A stretch of DNA of 64,000 nt from Eledone cirrhosa. Its lineage: Eukaryota. This document shows, in pieces, positions 37,005 through 48,850 of the stretch (positions are counted from its first letter, which is position 1; each line of letters opens with the position of its first letter). The stretch lies in NCBI GenBank assembly GCA_964016885.1, contig OZ024743.1, forward strand, positions 283,774,001 through 283,838,000, in the 5' to 3' direction. The notes under the pieces are model-generated. The model saw only the letters and a program-made list of their open reading frames with translations. It was not told where the DNA came from and did no database searches. The position numbers and the translations under genes are program-made.

Positions 37005-40000
37005 AAATGCCCAAAACTCCGAGTTGGTACCATCAATGTAGGCTCAATGAAAGGAAGAGCAGGAGAAATCGTAGAAATGCTAGAGTGAAAGGAAATTGAT
37101 GTATGCTGTGTGCAAGAGACTAGATGGAGAGGAGAGTCTGCCAGAGTCCTGGTAGGAAAAAGTCGGTGCTACAAATTTTTCTGGGTGGGAAATGACGATG
37201 GGATGGGTGGTGTAGGTATACTACTAGCTGACAAATGGGTAGATAAAGTAATCTCAGTGTACAGGTTAAATGCAAGAATCATTAAACTCAGACTAGTCCT
37301 GAATAAAACAATGACCACAATAATATCAGCTTACGCACGCCAATCGGGGCTGCCAGACGAACTTAAGGATAGGTTTTACGAGTCCCTAATGCACACTACT
37401 GCTCTAACAGACGACAATGACTTCCTAATCATCGCAGGAGATTTTAACGGACACGTAGGTAAACACTGCGACGGCTTCAATAGAGTACATGGAGGCCATG
37501 GGGTTGGCACAAAGAATGAGGAAGGATTCAGACTTCTAGAATTCTGCGACGCCAACGACATGTCGATATGTAACACAAACTTTAAAACACCCGACAACCA
37601 CCTGATCACCTATAGATCAGGGGAGCACTCTAGTCAGATAGATTTTATCCTTATCAGAGGACGTGACAGATGGACGGTCGTAAACACAAAAGCCTTCCCT
37701 AGTGAGGAATGTACATCCCAACAGAGCTTAGTTGTCAGCGACCTCACGGTCATAACTAGACGAACCTGGAAACAGAGGCCAACCTGGAGAAGAAAGATCT
37801 GGAAGCTGAAAGTCCCCTCAACCAGTAACAGATTTAAAGATATTTTACTCAACGCCTACGACAGTAAAGAAGAACAGATAGACATTTAATGTAGAAGAGA
37901 ACTGGGAGTTCCTAAAAAATAATTTACTAGAGGCGACGGATGAGGTCTGTGGCTGGAGTAAGACCTCAAGCAGGAGGAGAGTGACTTGGTGGTGGAACAA
38001 TAAGGTAGATGAAGCAGTTAAGGCCAAGAGACAGGCATGGAAAGAATGGAAGAACGGGGGGAGCAGGGTACACTACATAGAGACCAAGAGGGAAGCTAGG
38101 CGACAAGTATACTTAGCTAGGAGGGGAGCAGAGGATAGAAAATTCAAGCATGTTTTGCAACGTGAGGACCAGAAACAGGAGGTATTCAAGATTGCGAGGC
38201 AGTGTGTCAGAGATAGTTGTGATGTCATTGGAGAGAAGTGTATCCGGAATGATAAATGTGAGCTTGCCCTCACAAGTGCTGAGAAGAAAGATGCATGGAA
38301 GAGTCATTATGATAGATTACTAAATGAGGAGAATGCATGGGAAGAAGAGACCCTACCCCAAGTAGACCCTATAGAGGGGCCAGCAGTACAAGTCAGCAGC
38401 AGCATAGTAAGTAAGGCAATCAAAGATTTGAAGATGGGGAAGGCAACCGGTCCATCAGGTATAGCTGCCGAGATGCTGAAGGCATCATTGTCAACTGCTA
38501 CAAAGGTAAAGGCGATGCACTAGATAGAGGAAACTATAGAGGTATAAAGTTGATGGACCAGGTCATGAAAGTAACAGAAAGAGTTATAGCACAGTTGATT
38601 AGGGACCGGGTGAAAATAGATGAGATGCAATTTGGGTTTGTACCAGGAAGAGGCACCACTGATGCCCTCTTCCTTGTGAAGCAATTACAGGAAAAGTACC
38701 TAGCTAAAAGTAAGCCACTCTACTTGGCATTTGTTGACCTTGAGAAAGCCTTTGACAGAGTTCCACGTGCTGTAATCTGGTGGGCTCTTAGAAAACTAGG
38801 AGTAGATGAATGGCTTGTGAAAGCTGTACAAGCCATGTATAGGGGAGCAGTCAGCAAAGTTAGGATTAGCAATGAGTATAGCGAGGAATTTAGCGTACAG
38901 GTTGGGGTCCACCAGGGCCCTGTTCTTAGGCCCCTCCTGTTCATCATAGTCCTGCAGGCAATAACGAAGGAGTTTAAGACCGGATGCCCATGGGAACTCC
39001 TGCATGCTGATGACCTCGCACTTATAGCTGAATCTATGGTAGAACTAGAGAATAAATTCCAAACTTGGAAGCAGGGACTAGAAAGAAAGGGTCTCAAAGT
39101 CAACATGACAAAGACTAAGGTCCTTGTAAGTAGACGAGAAAACAGAACCCAGATCCCCTCAGGGAAATGGCCTTGCTCAGTATGTAGGAAAGGTGTAGGC
39201 AGGAACTCCATTCTCTGCCCCAAATGCAAACAATGGGTACACAAGAGATGTAGCGGGATCTCAGGAAGCTTAATTAAGAATGTAGGCTTCACATGCAGCA
39301 GCTGTGCTGGGACAGCAAGCAGCAAACAGCCACAGGAAACAAGTACCACCAATCTCTGGGAGGGCTCTGTAGAAACAGTAGACAGCTTCTGCTACCTAGG
39401 TGACCGAATTAGCAGTGGAGATGGGTGTTCAGAAAGTACAATAACTAGGGTAAGAACGGGATGGAAGAAGTTTAGGGAACTACTACCACTGTTAGCTGCA
39501 AAAGGCTTCTCCCTCAGAATGAAAGGCAGACTGTATGATGCGTGTATCCGAACAGCAATGTTGCATGGTAGTGAGACCTGGGCGCTGAAGGTGGAAGACT
39601 TACGTAGATTAGAGAGAAACGAAGCCTGCATGCTCCGATGGATGTGTAACAGTAATATACGTGAACGACAAAGCATGAATGAATTGAGAGAGAGACTGAG
39701 CATAAGAGGAATCAAATGCTGTGTGCAGGAGAGGCGGTTGCGCTGGTATGGACATGTGATGCGTATGAAGGATGACAGCTGCATAAAAAGGTGCAGAGCA
39801 CTAGAAGTTGATGGAAACCACGGAGTGGGGAGACCCAAGATGACCTGGGATGATGTGATAAAAGCCGACCTTACCCAATTACACCTCTCAAAGGCAATGA
39901 CACACGACCGTGACTTCTGGCGTCACGCAGTAATACAGAGTACCCGACCTCCCATGGGTACAAGCTGAAGCATATAGACAATATGCCCCCACACCCCCCA

Positions 40001-40266
40001 CCGCAAGGTGGTCGTGGAGGTGCCACGGCAAAAAAGCACCCAGCCCACACTGTAAAGTGGACGTGTAGGCGCCACAAAAAAGCAGCCAGCACTCACTGTA
40101 AATGAGGTTGGTGTTAGGAAGGGCATCCAACTGTAGAAATCAAGCCAGATCAGTTCCTGTATGAGCAAGGCATGGTCAGCCGACCAGACACTGCCCACAA
40201 CAGGACAACCCGTCTAACCCATGCTAGCGTGGAAGAACGGACGTAAAACGGTGATGATGATGATGA
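37005..40266 (+). mobile_element. Near full-length RTE LINE (APE-RT-PHD), inactivated
   Basis: LRVGTINVGSM, QETRW, GDFNGHVG, IDFIL; RT with YADD mutated to HADD; stop near 37086, frameshift near 37885, deletion near 38487; tandem-repeat 3' UTR and (GAT)n tail. Confidence 0.95.
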
Positions 40267-41236
40267 ATGCAGTACATAAATAAATGTCACTACTTGCTTT
40301 AAACAGCATTGATAAGAAGATTAGTGTAGTCAATTTTTTCATGAGTAAACACTAAATTAAGGTCAAAGGCATGTTGAAAAGCACCAATATTTTCTTAAAA
40401 GGCTCTAAAAATGTGCTAAAATAAAAATTATGGGTGAACATTGGCTAGGTGGCAAGCATAAACTCAATTGACTTACCTTATATTTAATCAGAATCAAAGA
40501 CTTTTAAATTAAAGCTCACTTCCCAAACATGGAACCTATTGTCAACATTTTCTTCTAGAGTCAGGTTATAGGCATCTATTGTTCCTATTTTCTGCAAGAT
40601 ATCCTTTGACCATTTGTAACTGAAGCAGTATGCATCCGGCCATATTTTACAGATAAAATGGCGTTGTTTTCTTTGAATTAACAGTCTGTTCTTAAGGGTG
40701 TTTTAAGTGAGGTCTATGCAGGGAACCCTTCGATTTTTGGTTTTCAGTAGCTCCAACTGCTATCCCTCAAAATATATGATGGAGGAGGGGATACATAAGA
40801 GATTGTGCTAATAGTGATTGGCTGGTAGAGGTTCAATGTAAGTGGGCAAAATAATAAAAAAAAAATCTCAGTTGAAAAGAGCCCAGTTGATGCCTACTGC
40901 AACAGAGTGGTCTAACGGGTAATTTCAGGCTAAAGAGAGGGAAGATGGATAGCAATCATAGACAGCTCTTAGTTAACTCTTACTGAGCAAATATATGGTC
41001 AAAGATATTCCAGCCATGACCATCCTGTCTGCATTTTGAAAACAGTAGGGTGGAATTTAAGGGAGATTTGGTTGTTATTTCTAGGAGGTTGAGTACCCTC
41101 ATTGCCTTGAAAGAATAGCTTAGGTGTTCAGCAACCTCAGTATATAAATATTACTGATTATATTGACTCCTGATAGGATAACAGGCAAAATCAGCCTGGT
41201 AAGATTTGAACAGTGAGGGACAAAAGATTTCTAAGG

Positions 41237-41669
41237 TATTTAGTACACTAGTCTAGTTTTTTACCACACCACCACTCTAACTAAGCAGTATTTAGTACAC
41301 CAGTCTAGTTTTTCTACCACACCACCATCACTCTAACTAAGCAGTGTTTAGTAAATGTCTACTGTTCTACCACACCACCATCACTCTAACTAAGCAGTGT
41401 TTAGTAAATGTCTACTGTTCTACCACACCACCATCACTCTAACTAAGCAGTATTTAGTACACTAGTCTAGTATTCTACCACAACACCATCACTTTAACTG
41501 AGCAGTATTTAGTAAATAAGTCTACTTTTCTACCACACCACCATCACTCTAACTAAGCAGTATTTAGTACACTAGTCTAGTATTCTACCACACTACCATC
41601 ACTCTAACTGAGCAGTATTTAGTAAATAAGTCTACTTTTCTACCATTCCACCATCACTCTAACTAAGCA
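41237..41669. repeat. Minisatellite, 8 units of ~50-56 bp
   Basis: Unit gtatttagtacactagtctagtattctaccacaccaccatcactctaactaagca, in three variants. Confidence 0.92.
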
Positions 41670-41807
41670 TGATGATGGTAACTATTATTTGTGAATGTCA
41701 AATATTTCATATTTTTTCGAAATTTTTAGTTTTGTTTTGTATTCATTGTCTTAAGTTTTTTCATTAGTTTGTTATTTTTCTTTAATTAGTTTATAATTAT
41801 CTTTCAG

Positions 41808-41880
41808 TTCCAATATCAATATAAACGATGTCTTAGGAGATTATGCATTGACTCTTGTTGATGCTTTGGACACACTTGCA
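41808..41880 (+). CDS. EDEM1: EDEM1 exon 2 (73 nt)
   Basis: ctttcag acceptor; (P)[24 protein letters not shown]; GTGAGT donor; phase matches exon 1. Confidence 0.96.
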
Positions 41881-41953
41881 GTGAGTATTCTTATCATATC
41901 ACATTTACTTCATACAAGAACCATAGAATTCCAGTGAGTTATATAGCAGAAAA

Positions 41954-42270
41954 TCATCATCATTATTTTACATCCATTTGTCCATGCTGGCATGGGTTAG
42001 ACGAGTTGTCCTGGTATGGGCAATGTTAGGTCAGGTGACCATGTCTTGCTCATACAGAACTGTTTTTGGCTTGGTTTCTACAGCTGGATGCCCTTCCTAA
42101 CGCCAACCTCATTTACAGTGAGTACTGGGTGTTTTTTGTCGTGACGCCTACATGGCCACTTTACAGTGTAGACTGAGCACTTTTTGTCGTGATACCTTAC
42201 AAGACCACTTTACAGTGTGGGCTGGGTGCTTTTTCACTGTGTTACCATCACAACCACTTTACAGTGTTTC
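41954..42270 (-). mobile_element. RTE 3' end with tandem 3'-UTR repeats
   Basis: (ATC)n, tccatgctggcatgggttagacg and ctggatgcccttcctaacgccaacc are the reverse complement of 40100-40260. Confidence 0.8.
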
Positions 42271-42430
42271 GGCATGTCCTCATGAGAGAAGTATGGGAGG
42301 GAGGGTGGGGTGTTAAGTTCACTCTTGTGTAGGTTCAGCCAGCTTCCTATGAAGATCCAACTCATTGGAGTTTTATTGGGTGTTTTAGAGATAGCTCTTC
42401 CCTATAAACATGCACAAATATATTATATGC

Positions 42431-42462
<32 letters not shown>

Positions 42463-42714
42463 ACATTCTGTTACTACATGCTACCTGAACCCATCATGTA
42501 TGTATACATCATTCAAGGCACATCTGTAACTTAGGAATTTCAAAATTTACTATAAACAACAGCTCTATCCTATTTCATGCTTTCTATAAACATTGAATCT
42601 ACCAGCCAAACCATTCACTTACCTCGCCCCCCCCCCCCCCCACCTTATTATCTTAGACCAATCAAACCACAGCAATACAAAGATACCTTCACTCACAAGT
42701 GTTCCATATTGTAA

Positions 42715-43645
42715 GGCAGTGTGTTAGTGTGAATTGAGATGTTGTCAGGGAAAAAAATGTGTTAGAAATGATGCTGATGCACTTAGCACCACTGATGCCC
42801 CAAAAGAAAGAGGCCTGGAAATGTTACTATGAGAGATTGATGAATGTAGAGAATGAATGAGAGAAAGGGAAGCTACACCCAATTTACTCAAAGGAAGGAC
42901 CAGCTATTGAAGTTGATAGTTTTAGGGTCAAAAAGCTGCAGGACCATAAGAAATAGTTGCTAAGATGCTAAAAGCATCGGGAGATGTAGGAGTCAAACTA
43001 GTAACCTGTGTGGTAAATCAAGTAATACGTTACAGAGTCATGCCCAATGACTGGCACAGCAATACAATCATAAATTGCTACAAGGGCAAAGGTAATGCTC
43101 TAGAAAGGAGCAACTATAGAGGATAAAACTAATAGACCAAGTTATGAAAGTGACAGAATGAGTTGGCACAGCTAATTAGAGAAAAGGTCAAATATATGAG
43201 ATGCAGTTTGGTTTCATGCCTGGGAAAAGTAATACAGATGCCCTCTTCATAGTGAGGCAACTACAAGAGAAGTTCCTAGCCAAAAATAAGCCACTTTATT
43301 TAGCCTTTGTTAATCTAAAGAAGGCCTTTGACAGAATACCTTGATCTATTATCTGGTGGTTCTTAAGGAAATTAGGTGTAGAAGAATGGTTGGTGAGAGC
43401 AGTGCAAGCCATGTACAGAGGAGCTGTCAGAAAAGTGAGTTTAGTGAGTAATTAAAGGTACAAGTTCATCAGGTTTCGGTTCTTAGCCTATTACTATTCA
43501 TTATAGTTCTCCAGGCTATAAAAGGGAAGTTTAGGACCAGATGCTCATGGGAAGCTATGTACAGAGGAGCTGTCAGTAAAGTGAGAGTAGGAAATGAGTT
43601 TAGTGAGGAATTTAAGGTACAAGTAGGAGTTTGTCATGGTTCAGT
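42715..43645 (+). mobile_element. Degenerate RTE LINE fragment with an internal duplication
   Basis: NYRG, MQFGFMPGKS and KAFDRI remnants; atgtacagaggagctgtcag occurs twice (43411, 43557); similar to 56740-57350. Confidence 0.85.
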
Positions 43646-43979
43646 TCGTTATAGTGTACCAGGTACATTTTATAGTATCAGCACTACCATTTTATCGTGG
43701 CACCCCCACAAGAGAAGTTTTCAGGTATTTGACATGTGGAGAGGGTCCTCTCTACTCTTTCTGAAGAAATGTGCTGAACTGAGTACATTCCATTGTGTTA
43801 CTGGAAGTTGTAACATCCACTGCAGGCTAAAGGAGCCTTACTACATTTAGTGTTGTAGTGCTTATACTGGTGTGTAAGTCTTCTATATTATAGCATATCT
43901 CCAGTCAGCTTGGTTCTGTGTTATCTCTTTCTTGAGGTAATTCTTCACAACTTTTGTCCCATGTTTTCCTACTTCAAGA

Positions 43980-45150
43980 AGCACTCAGCACTTTTTTTAT
44001 ACAACTCTCACTCTCTTTACACATTACATGACCATATCAGCACAATCATTTCTCTTGCATGCTACATTTGATTCCTTTTAAACTCAGCTTTTCTCTCGGT
44101 TCACTTGTGCTCAGTCATTCAATGTGCATTAACATTACACATCCATCGGAGCATGCATGCCTCATTTCATTTTAGTTGCTAAAGATCTTCTGCACTCAAG
44201 GTCCATGTCTCATTGCTATGTTGTATAACAGTTTGATCAAAAGCATCCTATACTTTGCCCTTCACTCTGAGAGAAAAGCCCTTTGTTACCAGTGGAAGTA
44301 ACAGCTCTTTGAACTTTTTCCATCCTATTTTCACTCGGCTACAATAGTTTCTGTATATTCACCTCCATTACTAATGAAGTCACCTATATAGCAAACTCTT
44401 TCCACTACTTCTAGTGAGCTTTGAGCATTTGAGAGAGTTTATTTCCTGAGTACTCTTACTGTTGACTACTCTTGTTCACCTGCTACATATAAAGTCTACC
44501 TTTACTATCAGCCTGTCTATGATCTCTCTACATTTCTTGTGCATCCACTGTTCACACTGAGTATACCATATGGAGTTTCTACCTATTCATTTTCTTCACA
44601 TTGAGCATGGCCATTTACCTGATGGTAGTAGAGTCCTATCCTATTTCCTACCTACTGAAACTATAGTCATTGCTAGGTTTACATTGACACCCTTTGATTC
44701 CAGATTTGATTCCATGTCTGGAACTTCTGCCGTAGTGCTTCTAAAGTTACTACTATGAGAGCTAGATCATTAGCATACAGGAGTTCCCTAGGACATCCAG
44801 TCTTGAATTCCACTGTTATGGCCTGTAGAACTGTAACAAACAGAAAGGGGCTCAGAACTTAGTTTTTGTGTATTCCTACATGCACACTAAATTCATTGCT
44901 GTGCTCATTGTTAACCCTCACCTTGCTAACTGACCCTCTGTACGTGGCTGGTACAGCTCTCACAAGCCATTCATCTATCCCTAGCCTCCCAAGACTCCAT
45001 TATATTAATGTGGAAATATATCAAATACCTTTTCCAGATAAACAAATGATGTATAAGGCCTCATTCCTAGCCAAGTATTCCCCCTAGGAAGATGGCATCA
45101 GTAATGCTTCTCTTTGGCATAAAGCCAAATTACATCTTATCAAGATTAAT
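43980..45150 (-). mobile_element. Degenerate RTE LINE fragment (RT-PHD-3')
   Basis: Reverse strand: GKWPCSM, ELLYANDL, ETWTLSAEDL, WCHVM remnants. Confidence 0.85.
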
Positions 45151-46067
45151 TCTATTCCTATGAAAGTATGAGGTTTATAGTTGGGGAGATGGGGGGGGGG
45201 GAGTACAAATCTTACAGGAAGATGTCAATCATAGTGGGTCCTTCTGCTGTTCAATTGGTATTTTAGAGGGTGGTATTTCTAAGAAGAAAGCAAATATTTT
45301 CAGATATTTGGATGTGAGAACTTTTATGATTGTAATCTTCATAGTTTTAGAAAACTACATAAAGGCCATTCCTTCTGCCAGTTCAGCAGGGCCAAAGATA
45401 ATGCAACTAACTGTTGCTTCTGAGAGAGACAGCAGTGAGTTTCTTGAAGATTTAGTTATTACTTTGAGGAGGTATAGTGTTTGTGTAGAAGTTCCCTAAC
45501 TCACTGGAATAGTTTGTGTTAGGAACAGCATATTACTTAACTTGCTTCAGTTTACTAGGCTGACAAGTATTCCTCATATTTTATGAACAGTTAATAGTGA
45601 GAACAGATATACTGAACAGTTAATAGTGAGAACAGATATACTGATCTGATAAAACAATATACAGATATGATAAAATAATAATATAAAATTTACTCAGCCA
45701 TTGAAGACATTAAATGGTAAACAGTAAATAAACATTTTTTAAATAATGAAAAATATTTAAAATAAAACAAAATCTAATGTTGATAAAAGAATGAACTATA
45801 ACTGATGTTGATAAAAGAATGAACATCATTTCTAAAAGTGCTACAAATGCTGAATTGTAGTACAGGTAAGACAATAAACTAGAATGAGAAGTGTTACCTT
45901 TTGTGTAAGTGTACAATGTAATGTTTAGTTTCTGCATCCTATCATTTTTACAGAGGCACATTTTGATAGTACTGATGGCATTTGCACCAAGTAATTTGTT
46001 TTTCACAAACCGTAGATATTAACATCTTTATATTGTTTGTTTTAACATGATGATGATACCATTGCAG

Positions 46068-46171
46068 ATTATGGGCAATAGTAGTGAGTTTCAACGTGCA
46101 GTGAAGCTTGTTGTAGAGTGTGTGTCATTTGACAAGAACAACACTGTCCAAGTGTTTGAAGCAACCATCAG
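46068..46171 (+). CDS. EDEM1: EDEM1 exon 3 (104 nt)
   Basis: ttgcag acceptor; [34 protein letters not shown](R), containing the GH47 FE.TIR catalytic Glu motif; GTATGT donor. Confidence 0.96.
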
Positions 46172-46343
46172 GTATGTTGCTCTAAATTTATATTTTAGCT
46201 TGTGATATTAAAAGATAATGGTGTAGATGTTATGCAACTAAGTTGTGTTGTGGATTGGGTACATGAGTCAGTTGTATATTTTTAATAAAAGGTATTTAAG
46301 ATGGATACTTAGAAGATTTAGAATATTGCAAGAGCTGTTTAAG

Positions 46344-46618
46344 TGGAGGCGCGTTGCCCAGTAGTGAGGGTGTTGGACTGTCATGGGTTCAATTCTTGGA
46401 TTGGGTTGTGTGCTGTGTTCTTCAGCAAAACACTTCATTTCACATTCCTCCAGTTTACTCAGCTGAAAATGTGTACCAGCAATAGCTGGGGTTTTAACCC
46501 TGCAATTCACTGGCATCCTTACAGGGAGAAGTCTTGTACTCTCAGTTGCTTAACACCACAGCAACCAGGATAAGCACCAGCCTGGTGAGCCTCCGGGCTT
46601 CAGACAGACATCAGAAAA
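46344..46618 (+). mobile_element. tRNA-derived SINE with CORE-like middle and a different 3' end
   Basis: ggaggcgcgttgcccagtag head, gggttcaattc B-box, shared tttcacattcctccagtttactcagctg; TSD agctgtttaag at 46333-46343 and 46619-46629. Confidence 0.8.
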
Positions 46619-47049
46619 AGCTGTTTAAGGATTAAGTTTTCTTGAAATATTGTTGCACATTAAATCAATAATGGTGACATGGTTTGTAATATGAACTGGT
46701 TTCTGCTTAAACAAATTAGTTGCCACAATGCCTTAGAATTATAGGGAAGAGGAAATTCCCATATATACTCAAATATAAGCCGAGGAATGTGACTAAAAAA
46801 AAAAGATGGTAAAATAGAGGGGTGGCTTATATTCAAGTTTAAAGGGTAAGTTAAGTAACTTTCATGTATTTTTTAAGATTAGTGATGCCATGGAAATGAA
46901 ATGGAAATAAAACAAAAAATCAAATTGAAAAATTTAAGATTTGTGTTGAAGGACTATACAAAAGTGTGAAGGGAGTCAAACAATGAATAGTTTCTTGGTA
47001 TAAATGATTATAGGTAATTATTGGTGCAAATCTTCATCAAAGAAACACA

Positions 47050-48520
47050 ATCATCAACATTCATTTTACGTCCATTTCTCCATGCTTGTATAGGTTGGAT
47101 GGGTTTTTTCTTTGATAGCCTCTTTTATTTGTAGCTTTCCTTCATTACCTCCTCTCTGCAGATTAACATTTTTAGATCAGCTTTAACCACTTCTGACCTA
47201 CCCAGGTTTTTCTCAGTCTTCCTCTATTGCAGTTTCCTTCCACTGGCATCTAGCACTTCACCCAGTATTCATCATCCATACATATCATATCCATACCAGA
47301 ACAGTCTTCTCTCTTGAACACTACATCTGATTCCTTTTATACACAGTTTTTCTCACTTTGTCCATGCCATGTTGTTCATGCACACTAACATTACATAACC
47401 AACGGAGCAAACTCACTTCATTTCTTTCCAGCCCCTGTATATCCTCTGCATTTACTGTCCATGTTTCACTAACATGCAACATTTCATTTCTCATGCAGAC
47501 ATCATACAAGCTACTCTTTGCTCATAGAGAAATTCCATTTATTACCAACATAGGTAGTAGCTCCCTAAACTTTTTCTGGACTGTTTTTTATTTTAGCTAC
47601 TATGCTTTCAGAGCAGCCTCCTCTATTGCTAGTTAAACTCATGTAACATAAATTGTCAACTACTTTTATGGTACCCTCCCGAAATTGGAAAAGCTTTATT
47701 TCTTTGCTGCTCATACTATCCACTATTCCTTTGCATCTGCCTCTTGCTATGTCTATCTTTCTGTTAGCCTGCCTTCAATCCCACTACACATTTTTGTACC
47801 TATTCCTTACAATGTGTATATCGTATAGTTCCTACATATTTCTTTTCTACATATCAAGTGCAATCACTTCCCCAACGGAATCAGAGCCTTGTCCGCTTTC
47901 CTACTTACTAAAATGTTTGTCTTTGTTAAGTTTACTCTGAACCCTTTTGATTCTCAGTTCTGTTTCAACAACAGGAATTTCTTCTCAAGCTTTTCCACAG
48001 ATTCAGCTATAAGAACCAGGTCATCAGTATACGGAAGTTCCCACGGACAGTCCGTTTTGAACTTGCCTCTCGTTTCTTTTATGCCCTGGAGAACTATGAT
48101 TAACTGGAGGTGATGAACACCCCATTGCTCATTGAATTCATCACTAACCTCATTAACTATTTTCACTTTACTGTCAGCACCTGTGTACATGGCTTGCACT
48201 ACTTTTACAAGCCACTCATTTACACCCAGTTTCCTTAAGGACCACCAGATAACAAATCATGGTTTTAGTCAAAGGTCTTTTCTAGATCTACAAAAGCTAG
48301 ATATAACAGTTTACATTTAGCTAGGAACTTCTCTTATAGCTGTCTCACTAAGAAGAGGGAATTTATGGTGCTCCTTCCTGGTACAAAACCAAACTACATC
48401 TCATTTTAATTAGTTGTGCTAACGCTCTTTCTATTACTTTTATAAATTGATGCATCAGTTTTATGCCCCTGTAGTTGCTCTTTTCTAGTGCATCACCTCT
48501 TTCCTCGTAGTAATACAGAT
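47050..48520 (-). mobile_element. Degenerate RTE LINE (RT to 3' end)
   Basis: SNYRGIKLM, CPWELPYTDDLVLIAES, MLHVSETW, LERNE. Confidence 0.88.
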
Positions 48521-48850
48521 TGTAAGAGGTTGGGAGGTTGTGCAACAAATAATTAAATTAGAAAGAGAAGAACTTGTATTATGGTGGTATAAGATACAGA
48601 TCTAAGACTTCACAGCAATGGCCATATGACTGACAATTTTCAGAAAAATGAGTTGTTGAGTAAGCCACAAAAGTAGTTTATTAAACAGTGTTTCAAGTTT
48701 AGTTGGTTTAGGTTAAACTTCATTGTATATTTGGTATTCTAGTTTTAGCAATCTTCATTAAGATGATTAGGAGTTTGTTGAAAGTGTTTTAACACTTATA
48801 TTAAGCAGGTCGAGTGTCTAAAAGTTCTACGCAAATTTTCTTGCAGAGTT

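Noticed and set aside
38720-39838. Long antisense ORFs over RTE and CR1 RT regions
   Set aside because: Shadow ORFs of the sense coding sequence with no independent motifs.
41237-41669. CRISPR-like regular repeat array
   Set aside because: The units are wholly repeated with no unique spacers and no cas genes, in a eukaryotic intron; it is a minisatellite.
45585-45830. Short direct duplications (29-bp gaacagttaatagtgagaacagatatact x2; tgttgataaaagaatgaac x2)
   Set aside because: Ordinary local slippage duplications.
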